21,911 nt of DNA from Ginkgo biloba. Lineage: Eukaryota; Plantae; Ginkgophyta. Position 1 is the stretch's first letter; the number at the start of each line of letters is the position of its first letter. Location: contig JANKJI020000001.1 of assembly GCA_024626585.2 (NCBI GenBank), forward strand, positions 14,891,048-14,912,958, written 5' to 3'. This document shows positions 1 to 12,790 of the stretch, piece after piece. The notes beneath the pieces were generated by a model. It had not been told where the DNA came from, did not search any database, and worked only from the letters and a program-made list of their open reading frames with translations. Both the position numbers and the translations under genes were made by a program.

Positions 1-277
1 TATGATAAATAAATTAATATTAAAATATTATTAGAATATTATTAAATTAAATTCTAAAATACTAAAATAATATTTAGAAAAAAAAAGGAATTACTAATAT
101 CTACTTTTGTATGTGTATATACATGCCACTATGTAATCTAAAGAAAATGGTGTGATATAATTTGGTTCTTTGAGTAAGATAGTATAAGTGACATTTGAAT
201 ACCTTAATGATGTTGTAAAAGGTTGACCAGTGATAAGATGATCTATAATTTTATATAAAGAAGGTAAATTAATCATA

Positions 278-450
278 GGATATGATGTAGTAAATAAAAT
301 AAGATAAAAAGGAGACTTAGAAGATGATGATAGATCTTGTTATAGCACAATTATACGATCAAGGATCCTCATAAAGTGCACCATCTATAGTAGCAATGAC
401 ACCTATGGTTAGATATTCAAACTCAACTCTTATTTTTTCATATATTTCTC
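278..450. repeat. Diverged direct repeat unit A, copy 1 (partner ~3046-3220)
   Basis: Co-linear shared anchors: tatgat.tagtaaataaaat, aaaaggagact, taaagtgcaccat/taagtgcaccat, tatggtta, ttcaaactc, catatatttct. Confidence 0.75.
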
Positions 451-479
451 CTTGTCGTAAAATATTATAAATCTAACTT

Positions 480-960
480 TGAGGAAAACAAATTTCAAGT
501 GGATTCTAAAGTAGCTGTAAATATGTTTGATAGAAAAATTAATGTAGAGTCTCATGAATCACATATTCATGCATTTGAATTTTACTATTCTTGTTAAACT
601 TATTTTGATTTACTAAAAATTGTATTTACTTGATTGAATATGTCATGTAAAGCATTTTTATGGTGATAATATTACTACAAGAAAGGGAGAAAGAGAACAA
701 ACCTTGATTTCCTCTTGATTTGAGTTTAAGAAGGAATTGAAATATAAAATTTATTCTCTTATCTATGAGGATGGGTTATACCCTAAGTGATAGAAGTTAC
801 ATTAGAAAATTGGTTAATCACTTGAAGATTACTATGAGTAATTAAAAAACCTATCCACTAGGTTGGAGATCAAGAAACCAAAGGAAAAAGTGGTTGTCAA
901 GTTTATATGAGGTCTATAACATCAACTCGAACATGATGTGAAGTTATTTCCTCTCCATTC
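480..960 (+). mobile_element. Degenerate LTR-retrotransposon gag (Retrotrans_gag-like) remnant
   Basis: Manual translation from ~717 through stops: *FEFKKELKYKIYSLIYEDGLYPK**KLH*KIG*SLEDYYE*LKNLSTRLEIKKPKEKVVVKFI*GL*HQLEHDVKLF. This fits the Ty3/gypsy gag pattern W.EFK..L..KFYP...L.Q..GQS..DY...F..GL, with stops at expected W/Q/R codons. Confidence 0.7.
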
Positions 961-1605
961 TATGAAAGAATATTGTAGATTTTATTTTAAAGTTGAATCT
1001 AGAAAGAAACCTCTACAAATATTTCTATGTAAAAGTAAATACCAAAATATTGCCTCACCCTTTAAAGGAAGGAGTTAACCTTAGTCTTATTCATTAGAGG
1101 AAAAGGGATAGTCACCATTAAAGGAATACCACACACTACTAGCATTGCCACAAAGAGGAAAGTGGAATAAATTTTGTTATTGACATAGAGTATATGGGAA
1201 TTCAAGTAATGAGTTCTTTTCCAAACATTGAAAACTAGTATGCAAGTTATTGCAAGAACATGATTAAGTAGATGATTAGACTTCACCTTCTACACCTAAT
1301 ATACTTAGTGTTACTTTTATGTCACTCACATAATAAGTAACANNNNNNNNNNNNNNNNNNNNNNNNNNNNNNNNNNNNNNNNNNNNNNNNNNNNNNNNNN
1401 NNNNNNNNNNNNNNNNNNNNNNNNNNNNNNNNNNNNNNNNNNNNNNNNNNNNNNNNNNNNNNNNNNNNNNNNNNNNNNNNNNNNNNNNNNNNNNNNNNNN
1501 NNNNNNNNNNNNNNNNNNNNNNNNNNNNNNNNNNNNNNNNNNNNNNNNNNNNNNNNNNNNNNNNNNNNNNNNNNNNNNNNNNNNNNNNNNNNNNNNNNNN
1601 NNNNN

Positions 1606-2580
1606 TAGATTACAAAAGTGTGATTTTAGGAATTCCTTTTCCTTTTTAAGGAAACAAGAAATCTATCTTTATCAAGAAGAGTGTAAGGTGCATAATTATT
1701 ATGCAATTTTTGTACTCAAAATAGCATAGACTTATATGTATATAGTATCAACTAATACTTCCATGGTCAAGTAAATAGTATAAGAAACTCATTAACTTAC
1801 ACTTTCTTTAGCTTCATCACCATGCCAACCATATCGACANNNNNNNNNNNNNNNNNNNNNNNNNNNNNNNNNTCTTCTTATTCTCTTTACTTGTCTCATG
1901 GATGATTTAATGCATGTTATATTCACCACCATATCTTAGATTACTTTTTCCAATTATAGGGTATCAATTCTTCTCTTACTCCTCCATCGAGTTCAACTTA
2001 GAAGAAGAAAAGGAAAAAAGTCTTTCATCCTAGTACTAAACTAGCTAAGAATAAAAGATTGTTGTATGCATTTGACAAAGCTTCATTACCGCTATACCTT
2101 ATAGAGAGAAAAAAAATAAAAGAGTATATGCACCTATAATAATGATTATTTTATGGGCTTAATAAGGGGAAATCCATATTATCAAAGTGGATCACAACGA
2201 AAGTGGCCAAATAAGGTTTCTTTATCCACATTAGGCAAAGTAGATTATTTTGGATAAACTAAAGATAAAGTTGCCATATTTTTTAAGACCAATAAATGGG
2301 CTACATTAATCCCTTGGACGGGAGGAATTGATGATCTAGAAGGGATCAAGGACTTGTAGTAGGTATTATGGTATAACGATTAGAGGATAACAAGCCTTAG
2401 GGTGATTAGCACTTTACAAGGAAGGTTTTATACCTAGAGACTCTAAAGGGGTCTATGAACTTGTGGGATCCTTTATTAAGATTCATTGTATTTATCCTAT
2501 AAGTAATTAAGTTTTTTTCCTCAGCATAGGCTTTCTCCTATATGTGGAACAACATCCACCATCCATATTTTTAGAAAGAC
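1606..2580. repeat. Diverged direct repeat unit B, copy 1 (partner ~3325-4265)
   Basis: Co-linear similarity over ~0.95 kb, including an identical 28-mer caaataaggtttctttatccacattagg (2208-2235 and 3895-3922). Also shares cttcatcaccatgccaac, tacttgtctcat, agtctttcatc, gggatcaaggact, tagagactctaaa, tttctcctatatgt. Confidence 0.85.
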
Positions 2581-2599
2581 TCCTTACATAGATACTAAT

Positions 2600-2846
2600 A
2601 TTTCTTTGTGCATCTAATAGTAAAGTAGATTATTTTGAATATATTAAAGATGAAGTTTACACATCTATTTTTCCTATGCAATGAGGTCCATTACTCCCTG
2701 AAAGGGGAGAAATTGATAAGCTAGTAAGGTTCAAAGACTTGTAGTAGGTCCTATAGTATAACCATTAGGGGATTGTAAGCTTAGCACTTTAGAGGGGAAG
2801 TTATATGCCTATAGACTCTAAAGGGGTTTATGACCTTATGGGATCT
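2600..2846. repeat. Third, partial copy of unit B (matches ~2215-2470)
   Basis: Shared aaagtagattatttt, gacttgtagtaggt, ttagcacttta, agactctaaa.gggg, tatga.ctt.tgggatc in the same order. Confidence 0.8.
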
Positions 2847-3045
2847 TGTTGCATGGGGAACAACCCCCTACTTGGACTATTCAGGTGGTAGATGATATGG
2901 CCTCCACATGGANNNNNNNNNNNNNNNNNNNNNNNNNNNNNNNNNNNNNNNNNNNNNNNNNNNNNNNNNNNNNNNNNNNNNNNNNNNNNNNNNNNNNNNN
3001 NNNNNNNNNNNNGGTACATTTGAATATCAAGTGGAATAGATAAAA

Positions 3046-4265
3046 GGTATGATATAGTAAATAAAATGAGAGCAAAAGGAGACTCAAAATATGATGAAAA
3101 TATTATTAATGTTATGGTATAAGTACAATCTTAAGTATCCTTATTAAGTGCACCATTTACAGTAACACTAACACATATGGTTACTTCAAACTCTCCTTCT
3201 CTTCTTTCAACATATATTTCTAGAGGAATAAAGGATGATAGTAAATAGGTGAATTAATAATGCGCATTTAAATTTTTGTTTACATCTTAATACATTGATA
3301 AGATCGCTTGTGGTATAGTTCTTATGGATTACATGAATGTGCTTTTGGGAATTCCTTTTCTTTTTTTATAAGAAATTAAAATCTATGCTTATTAAAGAGA
3401 GTGTAAAGAGCATAAGGATGGTGCATTTTTTTGTACTTTATATAGTAGTAACTTCTACATCTATAGTATTGACTTCTACGTCTATGGTAGGAATTAGTGT
3501 AAGAAACTCGTGCACTTGCACTTTATCTTCATCACCATGCCAACAACATTGACAAATAAGAGAGATCTTTATATAAAGCTTTCTTTTATATTTCTTATTA
3601 TTCTCTATACTTGTCTCATAAATAATTTTATGAATCCCATGTCCACCACCATCTCTTAGTTTATTTTAACCCATTATGGGATCGAGGACACCTTGGAAGA
3701 GTAAAAGGAAAGTAGTCTTTCATCTTAGTGCTACACCAACTAATAATGAAGGATTATTGCATGCATATAATATAACTTCATTATTTTTATAATTTAGGGA
3801 GACAATTAAGAGGATATGTACCTATGCCAATTAATCTTTTCTTGAGTTGAGAAGGAGAGAATCCAATCATCAAAGTGACCATAATAGGAGCAATCAAATA
3901 AGGTTTCTTTATCCACATTAGGTAAAGAGGCTCATTTTTTATAGCTTAAATATAGAGTTTCCACATCTATTTGGACTAATCAATGAGGTCAATTTCTCCC
4001 TTGGAGGGGAGGAATTTATGAACCAATAGGGATCAAGGACTATTAGGAAGTCTTAAAGGATAACAATTAATGGCTTGTATGCCTAAAAGGGATTATAAGT
4101 TTAGAAGGAAGGTACTATGAATAGAGACTCTAAAAGGGGATACAACCTTCTGGAATACTTTGTGAGAATTCATTCTATCTATCCTATGATTAATTAGTAA
4201 TTTTTCCTCACCATAGGTTTTCTCCTATATGTCGCATAGTCTCTAGCATTTGTATTTTAAGAAGG
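3046..4265. repeat. Second copy of units A+B (old transposon-derived duplication, origin unassigned)
   Basis: 3046-3220 aligns with 278-450, and 3325-4265 aligns with 1606-2580. Confidence 0.8.
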
Positions 4266-4438
4266 AATTCTTGTATGGGTAAAATTCCTTAGCAATATAT
4301 GGTTGCATAAGCTTAATAATGAAAAGGATACTTGCATGGATACCAAGTATTTAGTTGGATTAATGATTACATAATATTATCTCTATATGGATAAAATCCA
4401 TCTATAAATATAGCTCATCTAGTTAAGAGAGACTATAT

Positions 4439-5016
4439 TGTGACCCTAAGTCACAACTAAGAGATAAAATATTCCTAACCCTAGTTATAGTTGAGTTAAG
4501 ATATTAAGATTCTAAAAATAGCTTAAAGTAACCTTAAAATAGTCTTAGAGGGAGGGAGCACATGTTACTTAAGCTAAGGATTAGTTTGGTTGAAAAACAA
4601 CACCTATAATAGACCTATAAGTATCTGTAAGTGTGGCACTCAAAGTTGGGCTATAAATAGAGATCATTTCCTTATTATTTGGAATTTGATTATTAGACAA
4701 CTTTCTAGTTTCTACTTCAAGAAATTAAAGACCTCCAGGCAAAGAAGGTATTCCCTATAAGAATTCTACTAGGAAACAGGTGCCCTATAACCATCTTCTT
4801 ATGTAGTAGGTTCCTTAAGACATCTTTCCTTCTATCTAAATGTGATTTTCTTCTCTTTTCATTTTTCCTTATTGATTCTTACTTCTATAGTTGATATTTG
4901 TTATCCTATACTATGATCATTGTAATATAATGACCACATTATAGTATTTTATAAATTTATGTGGTTATTGTAATAGTTGAACCTAATTGAGTCAGTAGAA
5001 GTTGTATCAAAGTCAA
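4439..5016 (+). mobile_element. Putative 5' LTR plus degenerate tRNA-iMet primer-binding site of the Ty3/gypsy element
   Basis: TG start (tgtgaccc at 4439) and an LTR-type TATA gggctataaatagag at ~4648-4662. ttgtatcaaagtc at 5002-5014 matches 10/13 of the canonical PBS tggtatcagagcc and lies just before gag. The left boundary is a guess because no second LTR is available for comparison. Confidence 0.5.
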
Positions 5017-5079
5017 GAAAGATATATATCATACATGGTTCTTATACAACAACAAGACAAGGATTCCATAGAAGAAGAA

Positions 5080-8000
5080 ATGCCAAAATGGGCCCTACAA
5101 ATGGAAGAAAGACTAGCATAAGATATGAATGAGAAAATAGGTCATCTAAGGAAAATAATGGAATAATTGGAGCAACATACATAAAAAAATGGTGATGACA
5201 ACAATGTTAGTGATAAAACCCTACTATATGAAGTATATTGAAGGAATATTAGAAGGGGAAATGGTAATAATAGAGGAAACTTAATCTCTTACAGCCTACA
5301 ACCAAAAAATTCTAAACTTCAAGTTTTATGGGGAAGTAAACACACATGAATGGATCCAAAAGTCAAAACTAGCATTCACACAAGCTAGAGTAATTAATCA
5401 AACAACCAAAGTAAACGTCACCATACAATTCATGGAAGGCATAGAACACACTTGGGGAATACAATGGAATAAAATAAACATATTGACAATAGTAGCATTT
5501 TAATGCTTCTACCAAGAATTATGCAAGAAAATATATAGAAATTGGAGTGATCCATATAAGGTCCCATTGGCACATTTATTATAAAGGGAAAAGATCATAG
5601 AATAATATGTTGAATGGTTTAAGGTATTAGAAATAAAAGTTGAAGTAAATGAAGAATATGCTCGATAATTCTAAATTAGTAATTTAAGGGAATAAATAAG
5701 AGCGAAGGTAAGAAAACATAAACTAGATTATTTAAAATAATCCATATACAGAGATAGATAGGTATAAGAGGGGTCGATAGAATTAAGAAGGAGGTTTACA
5801 CTAGTATAAAGGAAGATAGTATATTATTTCCAAGAAGATCACCAAGTTATCCGAAACTAGAGTACATAGCAGGAAGAGACCCAAAAAGGAAGAAAGGAAG
5901 GAAGGAAGGCGATGCTACTACTATGGAGAACTATATACAATGGACCATGAGTGTCAACAAAGATAAAATAAGTTATTTATAGCAAGTGCACTAGAAGAAG
6001 AAGTAGAGAAAGAAATAACTAATGAACAAGAGATGGAAAAAAATTTAGAAGTAGAAGAAATAATATTCACAATTAAGGAAAAATAAAAACTTCCAATGTT
6101 AGAAATAAGAGAAGCCAAGATCTCATTTGCATTCATGAACTTACTAAGAAGACTAAACACATTCACAATAAATGAATTTATAAAGATTCTTAATCTATTG
6201 GTTATGGTAGATATAGGTAAAACATTAAACATCTTGGATATGGGGCAAGTAAGATGTTAGGACTATATGTGGATATGAGAAAAAGGTTTCTTGTATCTAT
6301 GTTAGGAAAGCTTCACATTATGTGTGAAGGAATTATGAATAATTTGGAGCTAAAAATAAGACACTATACATTATGAGATTCATTATTTATGACAAAATAT
6401 AGTGGTGTAGATGTAGTACTTTAAGTATAATGGCTCTACAACCTAGGAACTTATAGAACAAACCCTAAGGAGGATTTCCTTAGTTTCAATCTACAAGGAT
6501 TCTGATATATAATAAAGGGAGTATGAGATGATATAACAAAGATAGTGTAACCATAATAAATGAATAAAATCTTATAGAAGGGACAATAGGTTTTATAGTT
6601 AGATTATTCTACATGGAAACTAAGCACCCCAAATAAGTAATAAAATATGAGGAGCCCACCAAGAGTCAAAAGTAAAAGATAAAAATGGTGCTTGACAAAC
6701 ACCCACAAGTATTCCAAGGTCTACCAAAGGAGTTACCTCTAGAAAGGGGTATGGAATATATCATAGAGATTAAGCATGGAAGGGGACCAACTATTATCAA
6801 ACCATACAAGTGTAATTTTAACTAGAAGTCAGAGATTAAAAAATTGACACAAGACCTAATAGATCTAGGTGTAATTATTGATAGTAAGAGACTTCCCACA
6901 ACACTCGTAGTCTTGGAAAGGAAAAGGGATGGATCATTTAGACTATGTATTGATTATAAAGAATTAACTAGCATAACCATAAAAAACAAATTCCCTCTAC
7001 CCAAGATCAATGACCTAATGGATAAGCTATATGAAACAAGATTCTTTTCAAAGATTGATATTAGATAAAGGCATTATCAAATTCCTATTTGAGTAAAAAA
7101 TGGATATAAATAAACCTTCCAAATACATTAAGGACATTTTGAGTTCAAAGTCATACCATTTAGATTATGCAATGATCCAATGACATTCCAATCCTTTATG
7201 AATAAATTATTCAATAAGTTATTAAGAAAAATTGTATTAGTTTTCTATGAAGACATTATTATTTATAGTAATAATTGGGAAGAACATCTAGATCATGTAG
7301 GTCAAGATCTCAATATCCTGAAGAAAAAAAAACTATATTCCAAGGATTCAAAGTGTAATTTTAAAGAAATAATCATTAGAGTACCTAGGCCACATCGTAA
7401 TAGACAAACGATTCTATATTGCCCCATCCAATATGTAATCCATAAAAAACTAGACCCATCCCAATATAGGAAAAAATTAAGGGGGTTTCTTAAGCTAACT
7501 CCATTCTATAAAAATGTCATCAGAAACTACAAAACTATTCCAACACTAGTTACTAAACTAACAAAGAAGGAATCTTTTAAATGGAGTGATAATGCCGAAA
7601 GAGCATTTGAGAAACTAAAATAGGCATTGACAATAACCCTAGTACTAGTAAACCCAAATTTCTCTAAGGAAATCATTATTGAATGTGATGAATTTTGTGT
7701 AGAACTAGGGGAAATATTAATGCAAAGTGGAATACCTGTAGCATTTAAAATTCAAAAAGATTGATGATAGAGAAAAAAGGATATCCACATGTAATAAGGA
7801 GAAACTTTCCATTGTAGATGCATTAGAAAAATGGAGATAGTATTTATTGGGCAATAAATTTGAGGTCAAGATAGATCATAATGGTTTAAAGAATTTATTA
7901 TGGAAAGAGACACTAATTTATGAACAAAATAAATTGGTGGATAAAATCCAAGCCTTAAAGTTACAAATAGTGTATAAAAGGGAAAAGGAAAATGTCCTCA

Positions 8001-8682
8001 CTAATGCTTTCTCTCGAAAGTATAGAGATCTAAAATTCAAAGCAATGGAAAACATATAACCAATTTGGGTAGAAAATTTGCACAAATACTATAAGAAGGA
8101 TCCAAATACAAGTAAGCTAATGGAATATATCATCAACAAAAAAATGGATAATATATGAAAGATACAAAATTAAAGGGATCATAATTTATCAATAAGGTAC
8201 TTAAATAAGCTCACAACATCCCACAAGTAGAACATGAAGATGTACATAAATATAAGAAACTCCTTATTTTGGAACAAAATTAAGGAAGACATCATCAAAC
8301 ATATGGTAGAATATAACACGTGCCAAAGAAAAAAGACAAAGAATGTGGCACTACCAAGTAAACTTTAACCCTTAAATATACATGGCCAAAAAGAGGAAGA
8401 AATATCTATGGATTTTGTAACAAGTTTATCACCATTGGAAGGAAAGGATGTAATTTGGGTGATTATAGATCAATTGACTAAGTATACCCACATTATTGGG
8501 ATAAATAGTAAGTATAAGGCACTATAATTAGAAAAAATATTGATGAAGGAAATATACAAGTATCATGGGTTCCCACAAATAATCATATGTAATATAGACC
8601 CAAAATTCATAAGTAACTTTTGGCAAGAAGTGTTTTGTATAGCAGTAATAACATTTAACATGAGTATAACATATCACCTACA
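5080..8682 (+). mobile_element. Degenerate Ty3/gypsy (chromovirus-type, Reina-like) gag-pol: gag, protease, RT, RNase H, integrase
   Basis: Zn-knuckle remnant RCYYYGE...HEC (~5910-5955); protease VMVDIG (~6200-6217); RT DGSFRLCIDYKEL, KNKFPLPKINDL, FFSKIDIR, VLVFYEDIIIYS; connection and RNase H FKWSDNAERAFEKLK, IIECD, IDHNGLK, ENVLTNAFSR; integrase ISMDFV, YHGFPQIIICNIDPKFISNFW. Domain order PR-RT-RH-INT, with many stops and frameshifts. Confidence 0.95.
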
Positions 8683-8782
8683 NNNNNNNNNNNNNNNNNN
8701 NNNNNNNNNNNNNNNNNNNNNNNNNNNNNNNNNNNNNNNNNNNNNNNNNNNNNNNNNNNNNNNNNNNNNNNNNNNNNNNNNN

Positions 8783-9140
8783 ATAAAACCACTTTTGAAT
8801 CACATAATAAGACACAATTATGTAATATAAACTCAAAATATGAGATCATCCAAATATACATTACAACCTCTACTACCATGTAGTATTAGGAAATGTGTAC
8901 ATATTTTTCCATTGATTATATTTTTTACTAAGGAAGCATCAAGCCAAAATTTACATACATTACTTGAATTGATGAAAATAAAAGGGAATTACTGGTCGAT
9001 AGAAGAGGAGGGAATAACATCTCAAGTATTTTGGTCTAATGGAGTAGGTATAGAGAAATAAAACTCCATAGGCCATGGATGAAGATCACATATGAAATAA
9101 GAAATTTTTGAAGTGAAGTGGTGCTTAGTAGAGGTTAGTA
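8783..9140 (+). mobile_element. Possible integrase C-terminus and chromodomain remnant of a chromovirus, after a 100-N gap
   Basis: KYTLQPLLPCSI then NVYIFFH*LYFLLRKH resembles AYKLxLPxxSxIHPVFHVSLLK. QV.V*WSRY resembles the chromodomain QVLVQW. Heavily decayed, and frameshifts are required. Confidence 0.45.
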
Positions 9141-12100
9141 TTAAAATATAGTGATGGGATAAATCAGATTTATGTTTTATTATGTGGGTGTCGATTTATA
9201 GTAATATGTGGTAATAATATTAAAATAAAACATGATTTCTATTTTAGAATAAACAAAGAGGTAATACAACCATATAAAATAATAGATCATATGTAATAAC
9301 TTAGTACCATATTTTGATTATAATGAGAAAAGGTTATGAGTGGTCGTATTAAAAATAACCATCAATTACATCTAGATAAAGTTTAGATTCTTAAAATTTA
9401 AAAATAGTATGTAGAGATTAATTCTATCTTGCTCAATTCATTGGGATGTAAATAGTAGGATAGGGGAGAACATACTGGTGTAATTCAATCTTGTAATTTA
9501 GGGATTATTCCCAAAGTATGCTAGCAACTCTTGACATAAATATTAAAAATAAATCCTACACAAAAATTGTATTTACTAATAAGCATCAACAATGGTTGAT
9601 GCTTTCAAATAAAATTAAATTCATCAACCATAACATCAACACAACCAAAAATGCTCGATCATATCAATATTGAGAGAAAATAAAAATATGTATATGTCAT
9701 TCTGAAAGATTATCCAGATTACAAGTATAAGATCTTGACTAATACATAAGAGAATTAAAATATTATACCAAAATGGTCGCAGAGTATTCTGTACAAATAA
9801 TCAAGATGACCTACTTAGATATACACAAGCTCCAAATATAGGTAATGGCACAACAATGTATAATATGGTGACATTGATATTACAAACACAAGACATGGAT
9901 TTCTTCATTGGGACTTAGAAATTATTTTCCTTCCTTTTCTTCCTTTTTCTTCCTTTATATAACTTACTGACCTTCTTATTTTGTTTGGATGGTTGAGATA
10001 GTTAGGACATCTAGTGTAGTTTGGTGACTAACTACCTTTGGTTTCTGTATTAATTGCCTTTTCCCTTTTGGCCTCTATTTATTTCAGTCATTGTAATTTG
10101 TCATGTATGTCTCTCCTTTTTTTCATAATAAAATATTTTTAAGACCTTTACGTACATTTGAAAATATGAAATTTGATTAAGAAAGGTAGATCAAAATGTT
10201 ATAACATTATTATGGCATCCTTTTGTTTAAGTTGTAAGATACACAAACATTATTATTGTGTTTTTGTATTATTATGTGAGATTTGTATGATGGATGAGAG
10301 ACCATACATTATAGCCCTATCAAGTTTCAAATAGGGGTAAGACATATCATTATGAATAATATAATATATATTCGATTATACAATTTGCAAGTGCAAAGCA
10401 TGTGATCCCTTTGTCCTCCCTTATGTAAAGGACAATTATAAGGGTCTATGAAAACTCAATGCATCGATTGTATGAAAAGGGCAATAAAGATTCAGCTTTA
10501 TAAGATAGACATGAACGTTTTTAAAGTCAAGATTCATAAAGTGAGCACTTGAGTATTTGATAGTAATGTTTACCTTATTGTGTCTATTTATGCGGCATGC
10601 CCCAATTTCTTAAAGCAATAACAATTGTGCCCATTNNNNNNNNNNNNNNNNNNNNNNNNNNNNNNNNNNNNNNNNNNNNNNNNNNNNNNNNNNNNNNNNN
10701 NNNNNNNNNNNNNNNNNNNNNNNNNNNNNNNNNNNGTCAATCTATATCATTCATCACTTTAGGATGCTTGCAACATGACGACAAATTCACTAGTGATGTC
10801 AAATCTATTACTTCTATAATATAGAGCCACATGTTTATTATCATTTTAATATATTCAACATTATTATTTAGATAGGCACATATCATGTATGATAGGAGCC
10901 TGCAAGTTATAATTAGATTAAGGAACTTCGCCCATTATATATTTTTTATCTTCTTTAGAATATGCATGTCGCAAATGAAATATTCCTATACCATGACTTG
11001 AACAACATTTAAGAATTAGATTGAGGACAAAACTAAGTTTACTTTTGGTTATCATTCTTGCTCATTGTCCAATATTCTTTCTATGGGTTGGAAGTGAACA
11101 ACTCCTTATAGGTAGCTAGTGCAACTTTAACTAGCATCTTAAACCACAACCTTTCATATTCTAAACTTGTAAATAAACTAGAGATTAGAACTATATATCT
11201 ATAGAATATATATTAGTTACCATCCATGATAAACAAACTAAGCCCTAGTGGGGCAATTTGCAAGACATGTTTAAAGTCTAATGGCACCAACTAGGAGTAT
11301 TCAAACCTTTCATTCTCTAATTTAAAGTGACAAAAGGACAAACATATTCTTTTTCTTAGTCACTTTCTTACCTTATGAGACAAGATATGACTGAACTTTT
11401 CTCGCTTTACTAAAAGCTTCTTCTTGTGGCACGAGTCATTGTGTCATTGTACAAATGCTCGAGGCATGAATGTAGGGACACAAATTGCCGCACTAGTCAA
11501 GTCACTCATCAAAGCCATGTTGCACCATTTTTTTGACCTATATATCAAGTGCCTGATCTATAATGTTGCCTCTTTTTTGTACTATGCTTCTTGATAGGTA
11601 TAATAAACTTCCAATCCCAAAATAAAAAATATGGGTGTGTTCAAGTGCGGATATGTTAGATGTATATGGCTCAAAACATTAAATGACTAAAGCTAAAGTG
11701 CTCATTAAATAAAAGGGAAAATATAATGCTTATTGGTTAGGAGCAAAGGTATTTGAGTGTAGGGTGGTATGGTCCATAGTCACTATTATTATTATTGTTT
11801 ATAAAAAATTTTGAAAGTGTCGTCCGTAGATAAAGACGTGTGCATGGAAACAAAATAAAAACTTTTTTAGGATTGATGTAATAGTAGTATAGGCTCTATT
11901 TATTGTGGCTAGCTTATATATATATTCATACACTATTCGTTGGCAATTTGAATCTCATGAAAAATAGTACATTCTAACTCTCTACATAGAAATGTATCAT
12001 ATGCATTCTAGAGTTTTTTACCTATGTAAATGTTGGTAAATAAAATAAGGATATACACATATCATGCACACGTAAATAAGGTGTGTTTAACATTAGATGC

Positions 12101-12539
12101 TACTTTTAAGGGTTAAATAAGATAGTTTAAACAATTAATATGAGTTAGTATGCATGAGTGGCCAATCGAGTTTACTAAAATAAAATTCTTTATAAATGAC
12201 ACTTTTTTCTTGTCTATTTGCTTTATTTCCATATGTGGTGTGATGAGCACTAATCACACCTTCCTTGTTATACCCTTTGGTGAATGTATATGGATTTTTT
12301 CACAAAAATATGAATAAACATTATTCATTCACATCTCCTTTAGTTAATCGATAGTGTTTTAGCATCTAATAGATGTATTTTTAGTTTCTTAATGGGTATA
12401 AATGACCATTAGTGGTTGGAGTTCATAAAAATGGAAATTATTTTTTTGTTAGCTATTGGAAATCTTCACCATTAATTTTCTCCTCTCCATGGGTTTGAGC
12501 ATTTATGAGATAATATATCTAATGAATTCTATAATAATT

Positions 12540-12790
12540 TAGGGCTAATGCCCACTTGGAGGTCTTATGGTGGATAGGCAATAATTTTACTGATTTATGT
12601 GCATACTATACTCTCTGATTTCTAAAGGTTTTGTTAAGTTGACTAATTGATTAACATCCTATCTTAAAGAACATAGCTAGATATTGTTCAAAACAATTTG
12701 AAATTGCAAGGAATAACAAAGTGCTCTAATTGAGTGAATGGGCATTTTGGATCTATTAAAGACAAGTTCCAAGTTAGTATTATAGGGAGG
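12540..12790 (+). mobile_element. Possible PIF/Harbinger transposase C-terminal remnant
   Basis: HPILKNIARYCSKQFEIAR...EWAF/GSIKDKFQV resembles P..K...F...QE.ARKDVERAFG.L..RF.I. An upstream AYY and FVK are in the expected order. Needs frameshifts. Confidence 0.25.

Noticed and set aside
94-3552. Short hydrophobic ORFs (94-276, 1062-1286, 3337-3552; likewise 13900-14112, 21538-21768)
   Set aside because: AT-rich chance ORFs in decayed repeats, not conserved between the duplicated copies.
12092-12370. MITE bounded by an 11-bp inverted repeat attagatgcta/tagcatctaat
   Set aside because: The match does not extend, there is no clear TSD, and such matches are expected by chance in AT-rich DNA.
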